The notes beneath the pieces were generated by a model that ran no database searches, was not told the origin of the DNA, and worked only from the letters and a program-made list of their open reading frames with translations. The position numbers were made by a program, and so were the translations under genes. This document shows, piece after piece, positions 46,404-55,897 of a stretch of DNA of 64,000 nt (positions are counted from its first letter, which is position 1; the number at the start of each line of letters is the position of its first letter). Source of the DNA: Candidatus Latescibacterota bacterium (lineage in GTDB: Bacteria > Latescibacterota > UBA2968 > UBA8231); contig OZ241362.1 of assembly GCA_965200315.1 (NCBI GenBank), positions 2,848,001 to 2,912,000 of the forward strand. The letters are read 5' to 3'.

Positions 46404-47816
46404 ATGCGCGAGGAAGGCATAGCCTTGGAAAAAACGCTGCTGCACATCGATGAGCAGCAGCGGGCTTATATCGAACAACTGAAATCCTTTATTCGCATCC
46501 CCAGCGTCAGTGCGGGTGCCGATGATGACACAAACGATAGCCTCGCCCAAGCGGCCGATTTCCTCGTTGGCCAATTCGACCAAATGGGGTTTGAGGTCGA
46601 GAAGATCCAAGTAAGGGCCGCTACCAACCCCTTAGTCGTCGCCCGCAGCCCCGCGTTCTCGCCGCACCAACCCACCGTCTTGATCTATGGCCACTACGAT
46701 GTACAAGGAGTGGACAATCCGCGTGCGGCTTGGGAGGTAGATCCCTTTGCCGCCGAGGAGCGGGACGGCTTCCTCATCGCCCGGGGGGCTAGCGACAATA
46801 AAGGCCCCTGCTTCGCGCATCTGAAGGCGGCCGAAGTCGTCTTAGCCAATGGGAATCAGCTTCCGTTCAATCTGGTCTTCCTGATCGAAGGCGAAGAGGA
46901 ATGCGGCAGCACTGCGTTGAGCCAGTTTGTGGCCGAGGGCGGGCTTGACGAATTTGCCCCGGTGCTCTGTACGGTAATCTCCGATACCAGCATGTACGGG
47001 CCAAACCAGCCCTCGCTAACTGTGGGCCTGCGCGGCATTGTCTATACCGAGGTCGAGGTTTTTGGGCCGGCGCAGGATGTGCATTCCGGCCTTTTCGGCG
47101 GCATTGTCCACAATCCCAATCAACTTCTCGTCAACGCTTTGTCCGGCCTCATTGACGCCGAAGGGCGCATTGCTGTGCCCGGTTTCTACGACGAAGTGCA
47201 GCCGCTTTCGGCCCGCGAAAAGAGCCTCTACGCTGCCCTCGCGGTTGATGAGGAGGCCTATTGCCGCACCTTGGGCGTAACCTCGCTGACGGGAGAGCAG
47301 GAGTACCCCATTCTCGAAAGGCGCTGGACTCGTCCCACGCTCGACATCAACCTCCTCAGCGGCGGCAGTCCGCGCACCGTCATTCCGGCTGTAGCCCGAG
47401 CTGCTGTCTCTTGCCGACTAGTGCCCGACCAGACTCCCGAGCACATCCAAGCTGCCCTCGAAGGACACATTCGCGCTCGGCTGCCCGCAAGCACCCGCGT
47501 CGAGTTCAAAAACCAACATTGCTCACCGGCTTACTTCTTGGACTTAGACCACCCACTAGTCGAACCTGCACTCGAGGCGATACGCAAGGGATTCGGGGTC
47601 GAGCCGGTGTTTACCCGCGAGGGCGGCTCCATCCCCATCGTCGTCGATTTTGCCGCTGCGACAGGGGCACCGGTCCTGCTCATCGGCCTAGGGCAAATCA
47701 CCGACAATTGGCACGGCCCCAACGAGCGCTTTTCCATGCGCGACTTTCACCGCGGCATCCGCACTTCGGCCGCCCTCTTCTGCGAGTTGGCTCGATCAGC
47801 TCAGCGCACAGCCTAG
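46404..47816 (+). CDS. M20 family dipeptidase/metallopeptidase
   Basis: YGHYDVQ, ARGASDNKG, EGEEE.GS, SDT, GLRG, HSG.FGG, GGSIP, H.PNE. Confidence 0.92.
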   Translation: MREEGIALEKTLLHIDEQQRAYIEQLKSFIRIPSVSAGADDDTNDSLAQAADFLVGQFDQMGFEVEKIQVRAATNPLVVARSPAFSPHQPTVLIYGHYDVQGVDNPRAAWEVDPFAAEERDGFLIARGASDNKGPCFAHLKAAEVVLANGNQLPFNLVFLIEGEEECGSTALSQFVAEGGLDEFAPVLCTVISDTSMYGPNQPSLTVGLRGIVYTEVEVFGPAQDVHSGLFGGIVHNPNQLLVNALSGLIDAEGRIAVPGFYDEVQPLSAREKSLYAALAVDEEAYCRTLGVTSLTGEQEYPILERRWTRPTLDINLLSGGSPRTVIPAVARAAVSCRLVPDQTPEHIQAALEGHIRARLPASTRVEFKNQHCSPAYFLDLDHPLVEPALEAIRKGFGVEPVFTREGGSIPIVVDFAAATGAPVLLIGLGQITDNWHGPNERFSMRDFHRGIRTSAALFCELARSAQRTA

Positions 47817-47849
47817 CCCCACCACTCTGCACAAGGCAAGGAGCCATCT

Positions 47850-48665
47850 GTGTCTCTCTCCCGCGCCCAAATAACCCACTTCAAAAACCACGGCTACACT
47901 GCGGTTCCCGATTTTTTTGACTCCCGCGAAGTCCGAGCCATACAAGCCGAAGTCGAGCGCTTCAAACGCGAGGGTTTGGTCCGCAATGTCGCCACCGAGG
48001 GCGACGGCGAGACCCCCTCCACCACCAAGGTCAACCTACAGCTGATTCCCCTGTACGACAAAAGCGATCTCATCCGCGCCCTGCCCTTTGACGAAAAAGT
48101 CACCGCCGCTGTCTCACAACTCATCGGCACGCCCTTCATCCTGCATCTCGATCAGATGTTTCTCAAGCCGGCTGGGCACGGCATTGGCACGGATTGGCAC
48201 CAAGACAACGCCTATTTCAAAATAGGCGATCCCTTAAAAGGCACTGCCATGTGGGTTGCCGTTCACGACGCAACCATCGAAAATGGCACCATCCACGTCG
48301 TGCATGACTCCTTCAAGGAGGAATACCCGCACGACCGCGATCCTTACTCCGATCACCACATCCACTGCCAAGTACCCGAGGAGCGCACCGTGCCCATTGA
48401 GCTAAAGGCCGGTGGCGTCGCCTTCTTTTGCTACGGCACCGCCCACTCTACCAAGGAAAATACCACCAATCGCGAGCGCGCCGGACTTGCCTTCCACTTC
48501 CTGCACACCACCTGCGTCGATCGCGCTAATCTCATTGGCGAACGACGCGGCCAGCCCATCTTGGTGGGGCCGGAAGCCACGGGCGGCCAAGCCGAATACG
48601 GCGTACGCGTCGCTGGGACTTGGGAACGGGAAGTCGAACGAGCCCTCGAGGGAGCAACCAACTAA
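47850..48665 (+). CDS. PhyH-family dioxygenase
   Basis: FKNHGY, DQMFLKP, DWHQDNAYF, ENGT, T.HST..N...R. Confidence 0.88.
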   Translation: MSLSRAQITHFKNHGYTAVPDFFDSREVRAIQAEVERFKREGLVRNVATEGDGETPSTTKVNLQLIPLYDKSDLIRALPFDEKVTAAVSQLIGTPFILHLDQMFLKPAGHGIGTDWHQDNAYFKIGDPLKGTAMWVAVHDATIENGTIHVVHDSFKEEYPHDRDPYSDHHIHCQVPEERTVPIELKAGGVAFFCYGTAHSTKENTTNRERAGLAFHFLHTTCVDRANLIGERRGQPILVGPEATGGQAEYGVRVAGTWEREVERALEGATN

Positions 48666-49723
48666 TGCCGCACATCAAACCCGACGACCTGCGCCAGATC
48701 GGCTACCAGCTTTTCGAGACGGCCGGCTGCCCTCCCTCCAGCGCCCGCGCCGTGACCGACCACTTAGTCGAGTCCTCTCTCTACGGGCACGACTCGCACG
48801 GCAGCTTGCGCCTCTACGAATACATCCAACAGATCCAAGACGGCATCTTTGATCCCAAGGGCCAGCCTTCTATTGTCAGCGAAAAACCCTGCACCGTGGT
48901 CGTCGATGGCGGCGGGACCATGGGCCAGATCGGCGGGACGTTCGCTACCCAGCTAGCCATCGACAAGGCCGCCCAGTACGGGGTCGCTACCGCTACTCTG
49001 CGCAACTGCGGGCACGTTGGCCGGGTGGGAGCCTATCCGCTACAGGTCGCCCGCCAAGGGATGATTGGATTAGCCTTTTGCAACGCCGGGCACCTCGGGC
49101 GCCAGATCGCTCCTTACGGTGGGATTGACGGCAAGCTCAGCACCAACCCCATATCCTGCGCCGCGCCTCGGCGCAATGCCGACCCGCTCTTGGTGGATAT
49201 GACCACCTCGGTCTGCGCCGAGGGCAAAGTCCGCGTCGCCTATAACCGCGGAGACCAACTACCCGAGGGCCGAATCATCGACCACGATGGCAACCCCTCC
49301 ACCGACCCGCAGGCATTTGTCGGCGACCCGCCTGGCGCGATCCTGCCTTTCGGCGGCCCGGTGGCCTATAAGGGGTACTGCCTGAGTATGATAGTAGAGA
49401 TCCTAGGCGGGGCCCTCAGCGGTCAGGGCTGTGCCAACGGCGAGACCGTCATGCAGAGCAATGGGCTACACCTGACAGTGTACAACATCGAGCACTTCGT
49501 CGAAATGGACTACTACTTCGACGAACTTGAAAGCCTCATCCGCCACGTATCCACCAGCCGCGTCGATCCGCACATCGGCGAGATACTGCTGCCCGGCGAC
49601 CCCGAATACCGCACGGGACGCCAGCGCCAAGAAGAGGGCATTCCCATTGACGACACGACTTGGGGCCACATAGTCGAGGCCGCACACAGCCTCGGGCTAG
49701 ACCCTCAGACTTGGCCGCAATGA
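48665..49723 (+). CDS. Ldh_2 family oxidoreductase (malate/L-lactate/ureidoglycolate dehydrogenase-like)
   Basis: GHDSHG, VDGG...GQ, H.GR.G.Y, STNP, DMTTS..AEGK, YKG..L, LLPGDPE. The start overlaps the upstream stop (TAATG). Confidence 0.88.
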   Translation: MPHIKPDDLRQIGYQLFETAGCPPSSARAVTDHLVESSLYGHDSHGSLRLYEYIQQIQDGIFDPKGQPSIVSEKPCTVVVDGGGTMGQIGGTFATQLAIDKAAQYGVATATLRNCGHVGRVGAYPLQVARQGMIGLAFCNAGHLGRQIAPYGGIDGKLSTNPISCAAPRRNADPLLVDMTTSVCAEGKVRVAYNRGDQLPEGRIIDHDGNPSTDPQAFVGDPPGAILPFGGPVAYKGYCLSMIVEILGGALSGQGCANGETVMQSNGLHLTVYNIEHFVEMDYYFDELESLIRHVSTSRVDPHIGEILLPGDPEYRTGRQRQEEGIPIDDTTWGHIVEAAHSLGLDPQTWPQ

Positions 49724-51684
49724 TGACGGCACCTCGGGAGGGGGACCGACAGCAGGCGCGGGACCTGCCGGGGATCCCTCTGCGGGGCATCCTCATCGGG
49801 GCGGTGCTGGCTCTGGTGCTCAACATCTGCGATACCTACGCGACCAATGCGATCCAAGGTTCCTACCTGACCCTCAACTTCAGCACCCCGGCCGCCCTCT
49901 TCTTATTTTTTTTCCTCGTCTTAGCCAGTGCTGCGGTCGGGCTCCTCCACCGATGGCTGGCGCTGACCCGGGCGGAACTGATCACCATCTACATCATGCT
50001 GGTGGTGGCCTGCTGCATCCCCGGCATGGGCTTCACCCAGTTTATGATCCCCTGCCTCCTTGGGTCGACTTACTACGCCACGCCCGAGAACAACTGGAAT
50101 TCTCTCTACAATCAATACATCCCCCAGTGGATGATCCCGCGCGGCGATAATGTGGCCCGCTACTTCTTTGAGGGGCTGCCCGAAGGAATCTCGATCCCAT
50201 GGGGTGCTTGGGTCGTGCCACTGAGCCTGTGGTTCGGCTTCTTTCTCGCCCTCGCCTTCGCGATGATCTGCGCGATGGTCATTATGCGCAAACAGTGGGT
50301 CGACAACGAGAAGCTCAGCTACGCGCTGGTGCAAGTGCCGATGGAGATGATGCGGCAGGAGGGCAGCGGCACCGTGGGCCGCTCGTTCTTCACCAACAAG
50401 ACCATGTGGCTGGGCTTTGCCGTCTCCTTCCTGCTGTTGAGCGTCAACGGCATGCACTCCTACTTCCCAGAATTTCCCCGCTTCGAGCGCACCGTGGGTG
50501 TGCCCCTGTTCGGCAACACTTGGCTCAGCTTCTGGTTCAGCCCGCCTTGGACCGGGTTCTTCTATTTTGTCAACCTCGACATCTCGGCCTCGATATGGGT
50601 TTTCTACGTCCTCGTCAGGCTACAGCGGGGCATCTTCAACACGCTCGGCGTACAGAGCACGCAGCGGATCGACTTCTACTCCGAAGATCCCTTCCTAGCC
50701 CACCAAGGTCTCGGGGCGATGATCGCCTTCGTCGTCGTCGGGCTGTGGGTGGCGCGCCGACACCTGCGCGATGTGGTGGTGAAGGCCGTCGTCGGGCTGC
50801 GGGCGATCGATGACAACGGCGAGATCCTCTCCTACCGGCTGGCGTTTTTCGGGCTGCTCGCCGGCCTGCTAACCGTCGCCATCTGGCTGTCGACGATCGG
50901 CCTGACCTTCCCAGTGGCGCTGCTGTTCGTCTTTGGTGCCATGATCCTGTTCATGGCGCTGACGCGGGTGGTCGCCGAAGGCGGCATCCCGGCCATGCGT
51001 CCGCCCCTGATGACCTCGACCTTCGTAATCTCCGCGGTCGGCACCTCCTCCATCGGCACCCAAGGCTTGGTGGCGCTCGGCTTCTCCTATGGCTGGCACG
51101 CCGAGGTCCGCTCCTTTGTGATGGCCTCGGTCGCCAACGGGCTGAAGATGAGCGAAATGATCCGCGGCCAGAAGCGCCGGCTGTTCTGGGCTATTGTCTT
51201 GGCCATCTTGGTCAGCCTAGCGGGTTCCTCCTACGTTACCCTAGTCATGGCGTACGAGCACGGCGGCATCAACCTCAATCCCCTGTTCTTCTCCTGGCAG
51301 TCCACCCACTTCGGACCCATGGACATGACCCCGCGCATCGCCGCCGAACCCGAAGGCCCGCGCTGGGACGCCTATCAGTTCATGGGCATCGGGGCGGGCG
51401 TGATGGCAGCGCTCATGTGGGCGCGCCACCATTTTCTGTGGTGGCCCCTCAACCCGCTCGGGTTCACGATCGCCGCCAATTGGAAGACGGGCCACATCTT
51501 CTGCAGCGCCCTGCTGGCCTGGTTTCTGAAGCTGGTGATCCTGCGCTACGGTGGTGTGCGCCTCTACCGCAACCTGCGGCCCTTCTTCTTGGGCCTGATC
51601 CTAGGCGAAATCGTCGGGGCGGGGGTATTCTTGGTGATCGACTACGCCACCGGCACCACGGGCAGCTTCCTGACCCAGATATGA
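49720..51684 (+). CDS. Large polytopic membrane protein, DUF6785/DUF6784-like putative transporter
   Basis: About 16 TM segments; RKQW...EKL.Y.L.Q.P, TRVVAEGG, WWPLNPLGF, RYGG..LY...RPFFLGLILGE. Confidence 0.75.
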   Translation: MMTAPREGDRQQARDLPGIPLRGILIGAVLALVLNICDTYATNAIQGSYLTLNFSTPAALFLFFFLVLASAAVGLLHRWLALTRAELITIYIMLVVACCIPGMGFTQFMIPCLLGSTYYATPENNWNSLYNQYIPQWMIPRGDNVARYFFEGLPEGISIPWGAWVVPLSLWFGFFLALAFAMICAMVIMRKQWVDNEKLSYALVQVPMEMMRQEGSGTVGRSFFTNKTMWLGFAVSFLLLSVNGMHSYFPEFPRFERTVGVPLFGNTWLSFWFSPPWTGFFYFVNLDISASIWVFYVLVRLQRGIFNTLGVQSTQRIDFYSEDPFLAHQGLGAMIAFVVVGLWVARRHLRDVVVKAVVGLRAIDDNGEILSYRLAFFGLLAGLLTVAIWLSTIGLTFPVALLFVFGAMILFMALTRVVAEGGIPAMRPPLMTSTFVISAVGTSSIGTQGLVALGFSYGWHAEVRSFVMASVANGLKMSEMIRGQKRRLFWAIVLAILVSLAGSSYVTLVMAYEHGGINLNPLFFSWQSTHFGPMDMTPRIAAEPEGPRWDAYQFMGIGAGVMAALMWARHHFLWWPLNPLGFTIAANWKTGHIFCSALLAWFLKLVILRYGGVRLYRNLRPFFLGLILGEIVGAGVFLVIDYATGTTGSFLTQI

Positions 51685-51838
51685 AGGGGTCGAGCCTCGG
51701 CCAAGCAGCGCAGGGCGACCAAGAACAGGACGATGGGAAGCGCCCCACGGCGTTTTGCCTGTGGGAGATATTGAGCTATGGTTGCCGCCGGCGCAGATGG
51801 TCGGCAGGGTGGCCCGCAATACAGAAAGGGAACTGAAG

Positions 51839-53278
51839 ATGGCCAAGGAGAAGAGAGCGACGACGAAGAGAAAGACCGCTATCAGCGCCTCGGCAGGCGT
51901 CATCGAGCTGGGCGACAGGCGCGAACTGTTCGTCGACGACTACCTGATCGAGCGGCTGCGCGGCGTCGAGCTGCGCCTGAACAAGCCGGTGCCGCGGAAC
52001 GTGGCGATCGACCACGACGCGCCGTGGGAGGGCAACACCAGCGCCTACCACACAGTGTTCAAGGACGGCAAGCTGTTCCGCGCTTACTACCGCGGCTCAC
52101 ACTACGACCCGTCAGGCAACCTCTACCGGCCGGTCGTGTGCTACGCCGAAAGCCGCGACGGTATCGAGTGGTACCGGCCGGAACTGGGCTTGGTCAACTA
52201 CCAAGGCTCAACGCGCAACAACATCGTCTGGGACGGCATCGGCGCGCACAACTTCGCTCCCTTTCGCGACTTTAACCCCGACTGCCGGGAGGGGGAGGAG
52301 TACAAGGCTCTGGGCAGCGCACTCGCACGCACGGCTGACGAGCAGGCCCTCTACGCCTTCAAGTCTTCGGACGGCGTGCATTGGAGCCTGCTGGCGGAGA
52401 AGCCGGTGATCACCGTGGGTGCCTTCGACTCGCTCAACCTCGCCTTCTACGACCCGCGGCGCGGCTGCTACGTCGACTACCACCGCGACTCCATCTACCC
52501 CGGCGGGGAGCGCGTGCGCAACATCATGACCTGCACCTCGAAGGACTTCCGCCGCTGGACGAAGCCGCAGTGGCTCGACTTCGGCGACGCGCCCCTCGAG
52601 CACCTCTACACAAACGCGGTGACCTCCTACCACCGGGCCCCGCACATCTACATGGGCTTCCCCAAGCGCTTCGTGCCGGATCGCAGAATGCCCGGCAACA
52701 CCGCCCGCGGCGTGTCGGACGCCGTGTACATGACCAGCCGCGACGGCCTGCACTTCAAGCGCTGGAGCGAGGCTTTCGTGCGACCCGGGCTGCAGCCGGA
52801 ACGCTGGGAGAACCGCAACAACATGACGGCCTCGGGCATTCTGGAGACGGCCAACGACCTGCCGACGGCACCGAAGGAGTTGTCGATCTTCACCACCGAG
52901 GGTTACTACCGCGGCGAGGCCTGCCGACTGCGGCGCTTCACCCTGCGCTTGGACGGCTTCGTGTCCGCCAACGCGCCGCTGAAGGGGGGCGAGCTGATCA
53001 CGCGGCCCTTCACCTTCGCCGGCGGTGCCCTGAGCCTGAATACGAGCACCTCCGCCGCTGGCTCAGTGCGCGTCGAGATCCAAGACGGCGACGGCAAGGC
53101 GCTGAAGGGGTACACCCTGCGCGACTGCGACGAGATCTACGGCGACTACCTAGACCGTATGGTCACCTGGAAGGGCCAAGCCGACGTCCGCGGACTGGCC
53201 GGCAAGCCAGTGCGCCTGCGCTTCGCCCTCAGCGACGCCGACCTGTACAGCCTGCAGTTCACGCCGCTGCCTGTCTGA
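51839..53278 (+). CDS. Five-bladed beta-propeller glycoside hydrolase-like protein (GH32/43-related)
   Basis: RELFVDDYLI, PWEG, YAESRDGIEW.RP, S.DG.HW, SRDG..F.R Asp-box-like repeats, LRLDGFVS, C-terminal sandwich. Confidence 0.7.
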   Translation: MAKEKRATTKRKTAISASAGVIELGDRRELFVDDYLIERLRGVELRLNKPVPRNVAIDHDAPWEGNTSAYHTVFKDGKLFRAYYRGSHYDPSGNLYRPVVCYAESRDGIEWYRPELGLVNYQGSTRNNIVWDGIGAHNFAPFRDFNPDCREGEEYKALGSALARTADEQALYAFKSSDGVHWSLLAEKPVITVGAFDSLNLAFYDPRRGCYVDYHRDSIYPGGERVRNIMTCTSKDFRRWTKPQWLDFGDAPLEHLYTNAVTSYHRAPHIYMGFPKRFVPDRRMPGNTARGVSDAVYMTSRDGLHFKRWSEAFVRPGLQPERWENRNNMTASGILETANDLPTAPKELSIFTTEGYYRGEACRLRRFTLRLDGFVSANAPLKGGELITRPFTFAGGALSLNTSTSAAGSVRVEIQDGDGKALKGYTLRDCDEIYGDYLDRMVTWKGQADVRGLAGKPVRLRFALSDADLYSLQFTPLPV

Positions 53279-53352
53279 GAGAGGGACAACCTAATGCCCC
53301 AACATGATGCCGTGGGCGTTCAGAACTCTCTAGCGGAAATTTTCTTTTAAAT

Positions 53353-55068
53353 TCAAGGATAGTGATAACCTTCATTGTTGATATTAAATGGCCATATCTT
53401 CAACATAAGTCTGAGTCGAATAAGGGCACCTTTATCCAGTTCTCCTATATCTAGTTTCCTTTTTAACGATGGATCATCAAAATCCAATCTTTTACTCGCC
53501 GTCAAAAACCCTTCTTTAAAAATGATGTGGGTCAGGTGGCTTGCGATTAAATAATATCCTTCATTTGAAGGATGCAGGTGTTCAACAATCATTGGTTTGC
53601 CAATTACATTTTTGGGATCGTAATCTTGGAATGTAGTTTCAAGATCTGCTAATATGATGTCTGCTTCCTTGGCAACATTTTTTATGGTTTCGTTTACCTC
53701 TGACGGGGCTCTGATCGGTAAAATATCCAAGTCTCTTGCTCTTGTGAAGGATCGTTTGGCTTTATCTTGATATCCCCGAGCAAGGTAAACATGACCCAGA
53801 TCAAAATGAGTTTGGGCGTGATCTGGGAAAAGTTCAATTGCTGTTTGGTAGATACGTTCCGCCTCTTCCAGATGATTTTGTTCAAATGCAGCCTTACCAT
53901 TCTTTAATAACTGTTGCCATTGGGTAAGATCGAGGGAAGGAGGCGGTGGTTCTGAATCAAATGGGCGCCAATCTCGAAGATTGGAAACAATTGTCCCTAA
54001 AATCACAGGGATTTGATGGCGCTTTGCAGTAGAGATAATCTCGTGGAGATTTCCCCTGAAATTCTCAATAGCTTGCTCTCGTAGAATTTGTTCTCGCAGT
54101 TTGGCCTCGTCCTTCATCATCTGCTTGACCTTAGCTCTTGTGGGTTCGGTGCCATGGGCCATAGCATTGCGAAGCTCACGAAGGTTTTTGTATGAATTCG
54201 ACATTCTCCCCTTCGCCTTCTCATATTCATCCTTTGCGTCTTGGCGATCCGCGTACCGTGCGGGATCTCCTCCACGCTGGGAGACGAGATAGGTCACAAA
54301 GGCTTCTTGTGCGTAAATCGTGGCTCGGAGATAGTCGCGCCTTTTTAGGTAATCCTCGGCGAGTTGGCTCTGCCGGCGCTGTGGAGTCTTTTTGTGACTC
54401 CAAGCCAATCGGTCTTGAAGAGTTAACTGAAACAGGCGAGCGACCCCAGTGAAGGGGTCAGATTTAAGGGCATCGTCGATACTCTTGATCTTTTCTTTGG
54501 CAAGAGATTCTTGAGAGGTTCGTTCAAAAAAGGCAGCCTTGTGCATGGGAGCCGCCAAACTAAGGTTCGCATTTGGCAGCAACTCCGTAAAAACTCCGTA
54601 GTCGCCGGTATGTTCAAACTGACTCAAGGATCGGACCCAGTCGAACAGGTGCAACAGTCCCTTCAGATCATACACCGTTCCGGTCTTGGTGTCTGGGTCG
54701 TAAAAGCCATACCAGAGTGCTTGCAACGTAATGTTCTGAACGGCTTGGAGATAAACTCCCGCCACCATCGCAATCATGGGCAAATGGCGAAAGGCGTGAG
54801 AAACGTCCAAGGAAAGCTCGGCGACGTCCTTGGTTGCCTTCGCCATAGTGTGCAGAACGTCGATTCCTAGGTTAACCACTTCTACCGTTTTATCCACGTT
54901 GGAACGTTTTAATAATTCGTGAAGCAGCTTGGGAAACGGCCCTCTTGTCGTCGATCCCCCAAGACAAAAGATGCGAAAATCCTTTTCGGATTTCTGCTGT
55001 TTCATGCTTATCTTGGGAATTAGATTTTTAAGCATTGGATTATTAATTGAATAATATTTTCGGTACAA
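53353..55068 (-). CDS. Chimeric ORF: SGNH-hydrolase/TPR protein carrying an in-frame Csx1/TM1812-type CARF-HEPN segment
   Basis: SGNH RIFCLGGSTT and EVVNLG; insert with LDVSHAFRHLP and LRNAMAHG; then SNLRDW.PF, a TPR pair, RARDLD....RA, EHLHP...GY. Confidence 0.7.
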   Translation of the reverse strand: MYRKYYSINNPMLKNLIPKISMKQQKSEKDFRIFCLGGSTTRGPFPKLLHELLKRSNVDKTVEVVNLGIDVLHTMAKATKDVAELSLDVSHAFRHLPMIAMVAGVYLQAVQNITLQALWYGFYDPDTKTGTVYDLKGLLHLFDWVRSLSQFEHTGDYGVFTELLPNANLSLAAPMHKAAFFERTSQESLAKEKIKSIDDALKSDPFTGVARLFQLTLQDRLAWSHKKTPQRRQSQLAEDYLKRRDYLRATIYAQEAFVTYLVSQRGGDPARYADRQDAKDEYEKAKGRMSNSYKNLRELRNAMAHGTEPTRAKVKQMMKDEAKLREQILREQAIENFRGNLHEIISTAKRHQIPVILGTIVSNLRDWRPFDSEPPPPSLDLTQWQQLLKNGKAAFEQNHLEEAERIYQTAIELFPDHAQTHFDLGHVYLARGYQDKAKRSFTRARDLDILPIRAPSEVNETIKNVAKEADIILADLETTFQDYDPKNVIGKPMIVEHLHPSNEGYYLIASHLTHIIFKEGFLTASKRLDFDDPSLKRKLDIGELDKGALIRLRLMLKIWPFNINNEGYHYP

Positions 55069-55127
55069 CTCCTGATTAAGTTGGTAAGAGGCTGACAGTC
55101 GGACGAACGGATGAGAGACTGATTGCA

Positions 55128-55865
55128 GGCAACGGGGAGAACACGACTAACTACGTGCTCTTCACCTTGGAACGGGACTATCCGGGTCTTGGCAGGCTGA
55201 AGATCTACGAGAACTTCAGAATCGCGAAAGACGACATTGAGAACGATCTTCGCCAGTGGAACGAGTTCGAGAGGCGTAACGTTCCAACCGTCGATCCCCT
55301 AGCGGCTCAGGACACGTGGATAAACTCTACGTTCATGAGCTTCAAGTACACCAAGATCGAGGATGTGAATTTCGTGAGTAAGTTCAAATACGATCGCTGG
55401 CACCAGAACGAACGACAGCCCGATCTGCGCGAGGACTATACCTTCTTCGGTCTCATCAACAAGGTGGACCTCGAGCGCAAGATCGCCTATGTCGATCTCA
55501 TGCCGAGAGTAAAGAACGAGCTCAGGCTGGAGGCCCCGGCGCTCAAGTCTGATCCCAAGCGCAGGGAAGACACGCTGCAACTCTCCCTGCTGGCGCGATG
55601 GCCGCTGTTTTCTTCTTCCACCATGCAGGCCGGTGTGGAGTACACGATCTTCAACCAACTCCGCAAATCGGAGACCGCGGTCAAGGAGGGACTGCTCGAC
55701 GATTTTACCGAGATCGTCGGAGCGATACAGTTCTCGAACGTCACCAACTACCTAGGTTACCGGCTGTTGACGAACATGGGTATGAGATTGACCAGAAGAT
55801 CGCTAGATGACGAGACCGAGACGGGCAGTGTGTCCTTTGCCACGGTGTACGCCGGTCTAGATTAG
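55128..55865 (+). pseudogene. C-terminal fragment of a large outer-membrane/secreted hypothetical protein
   Basis: Beta-strand-rich ORF ending SFATVYAGLD; no signal peptide or RBS; frame begins at a junction near 55128. Confidence 0.5.
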
Positions 55866-55897
55866 GGCATAGACGCGAGCTTGAGCGGAGGTACGCG

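Noticed and set aside
53300-55200. CRISPR array or cas operon near the Csx1-like segment
   Set aside because: I saw no regularly spaced repeats and no other cas-like ORFs.
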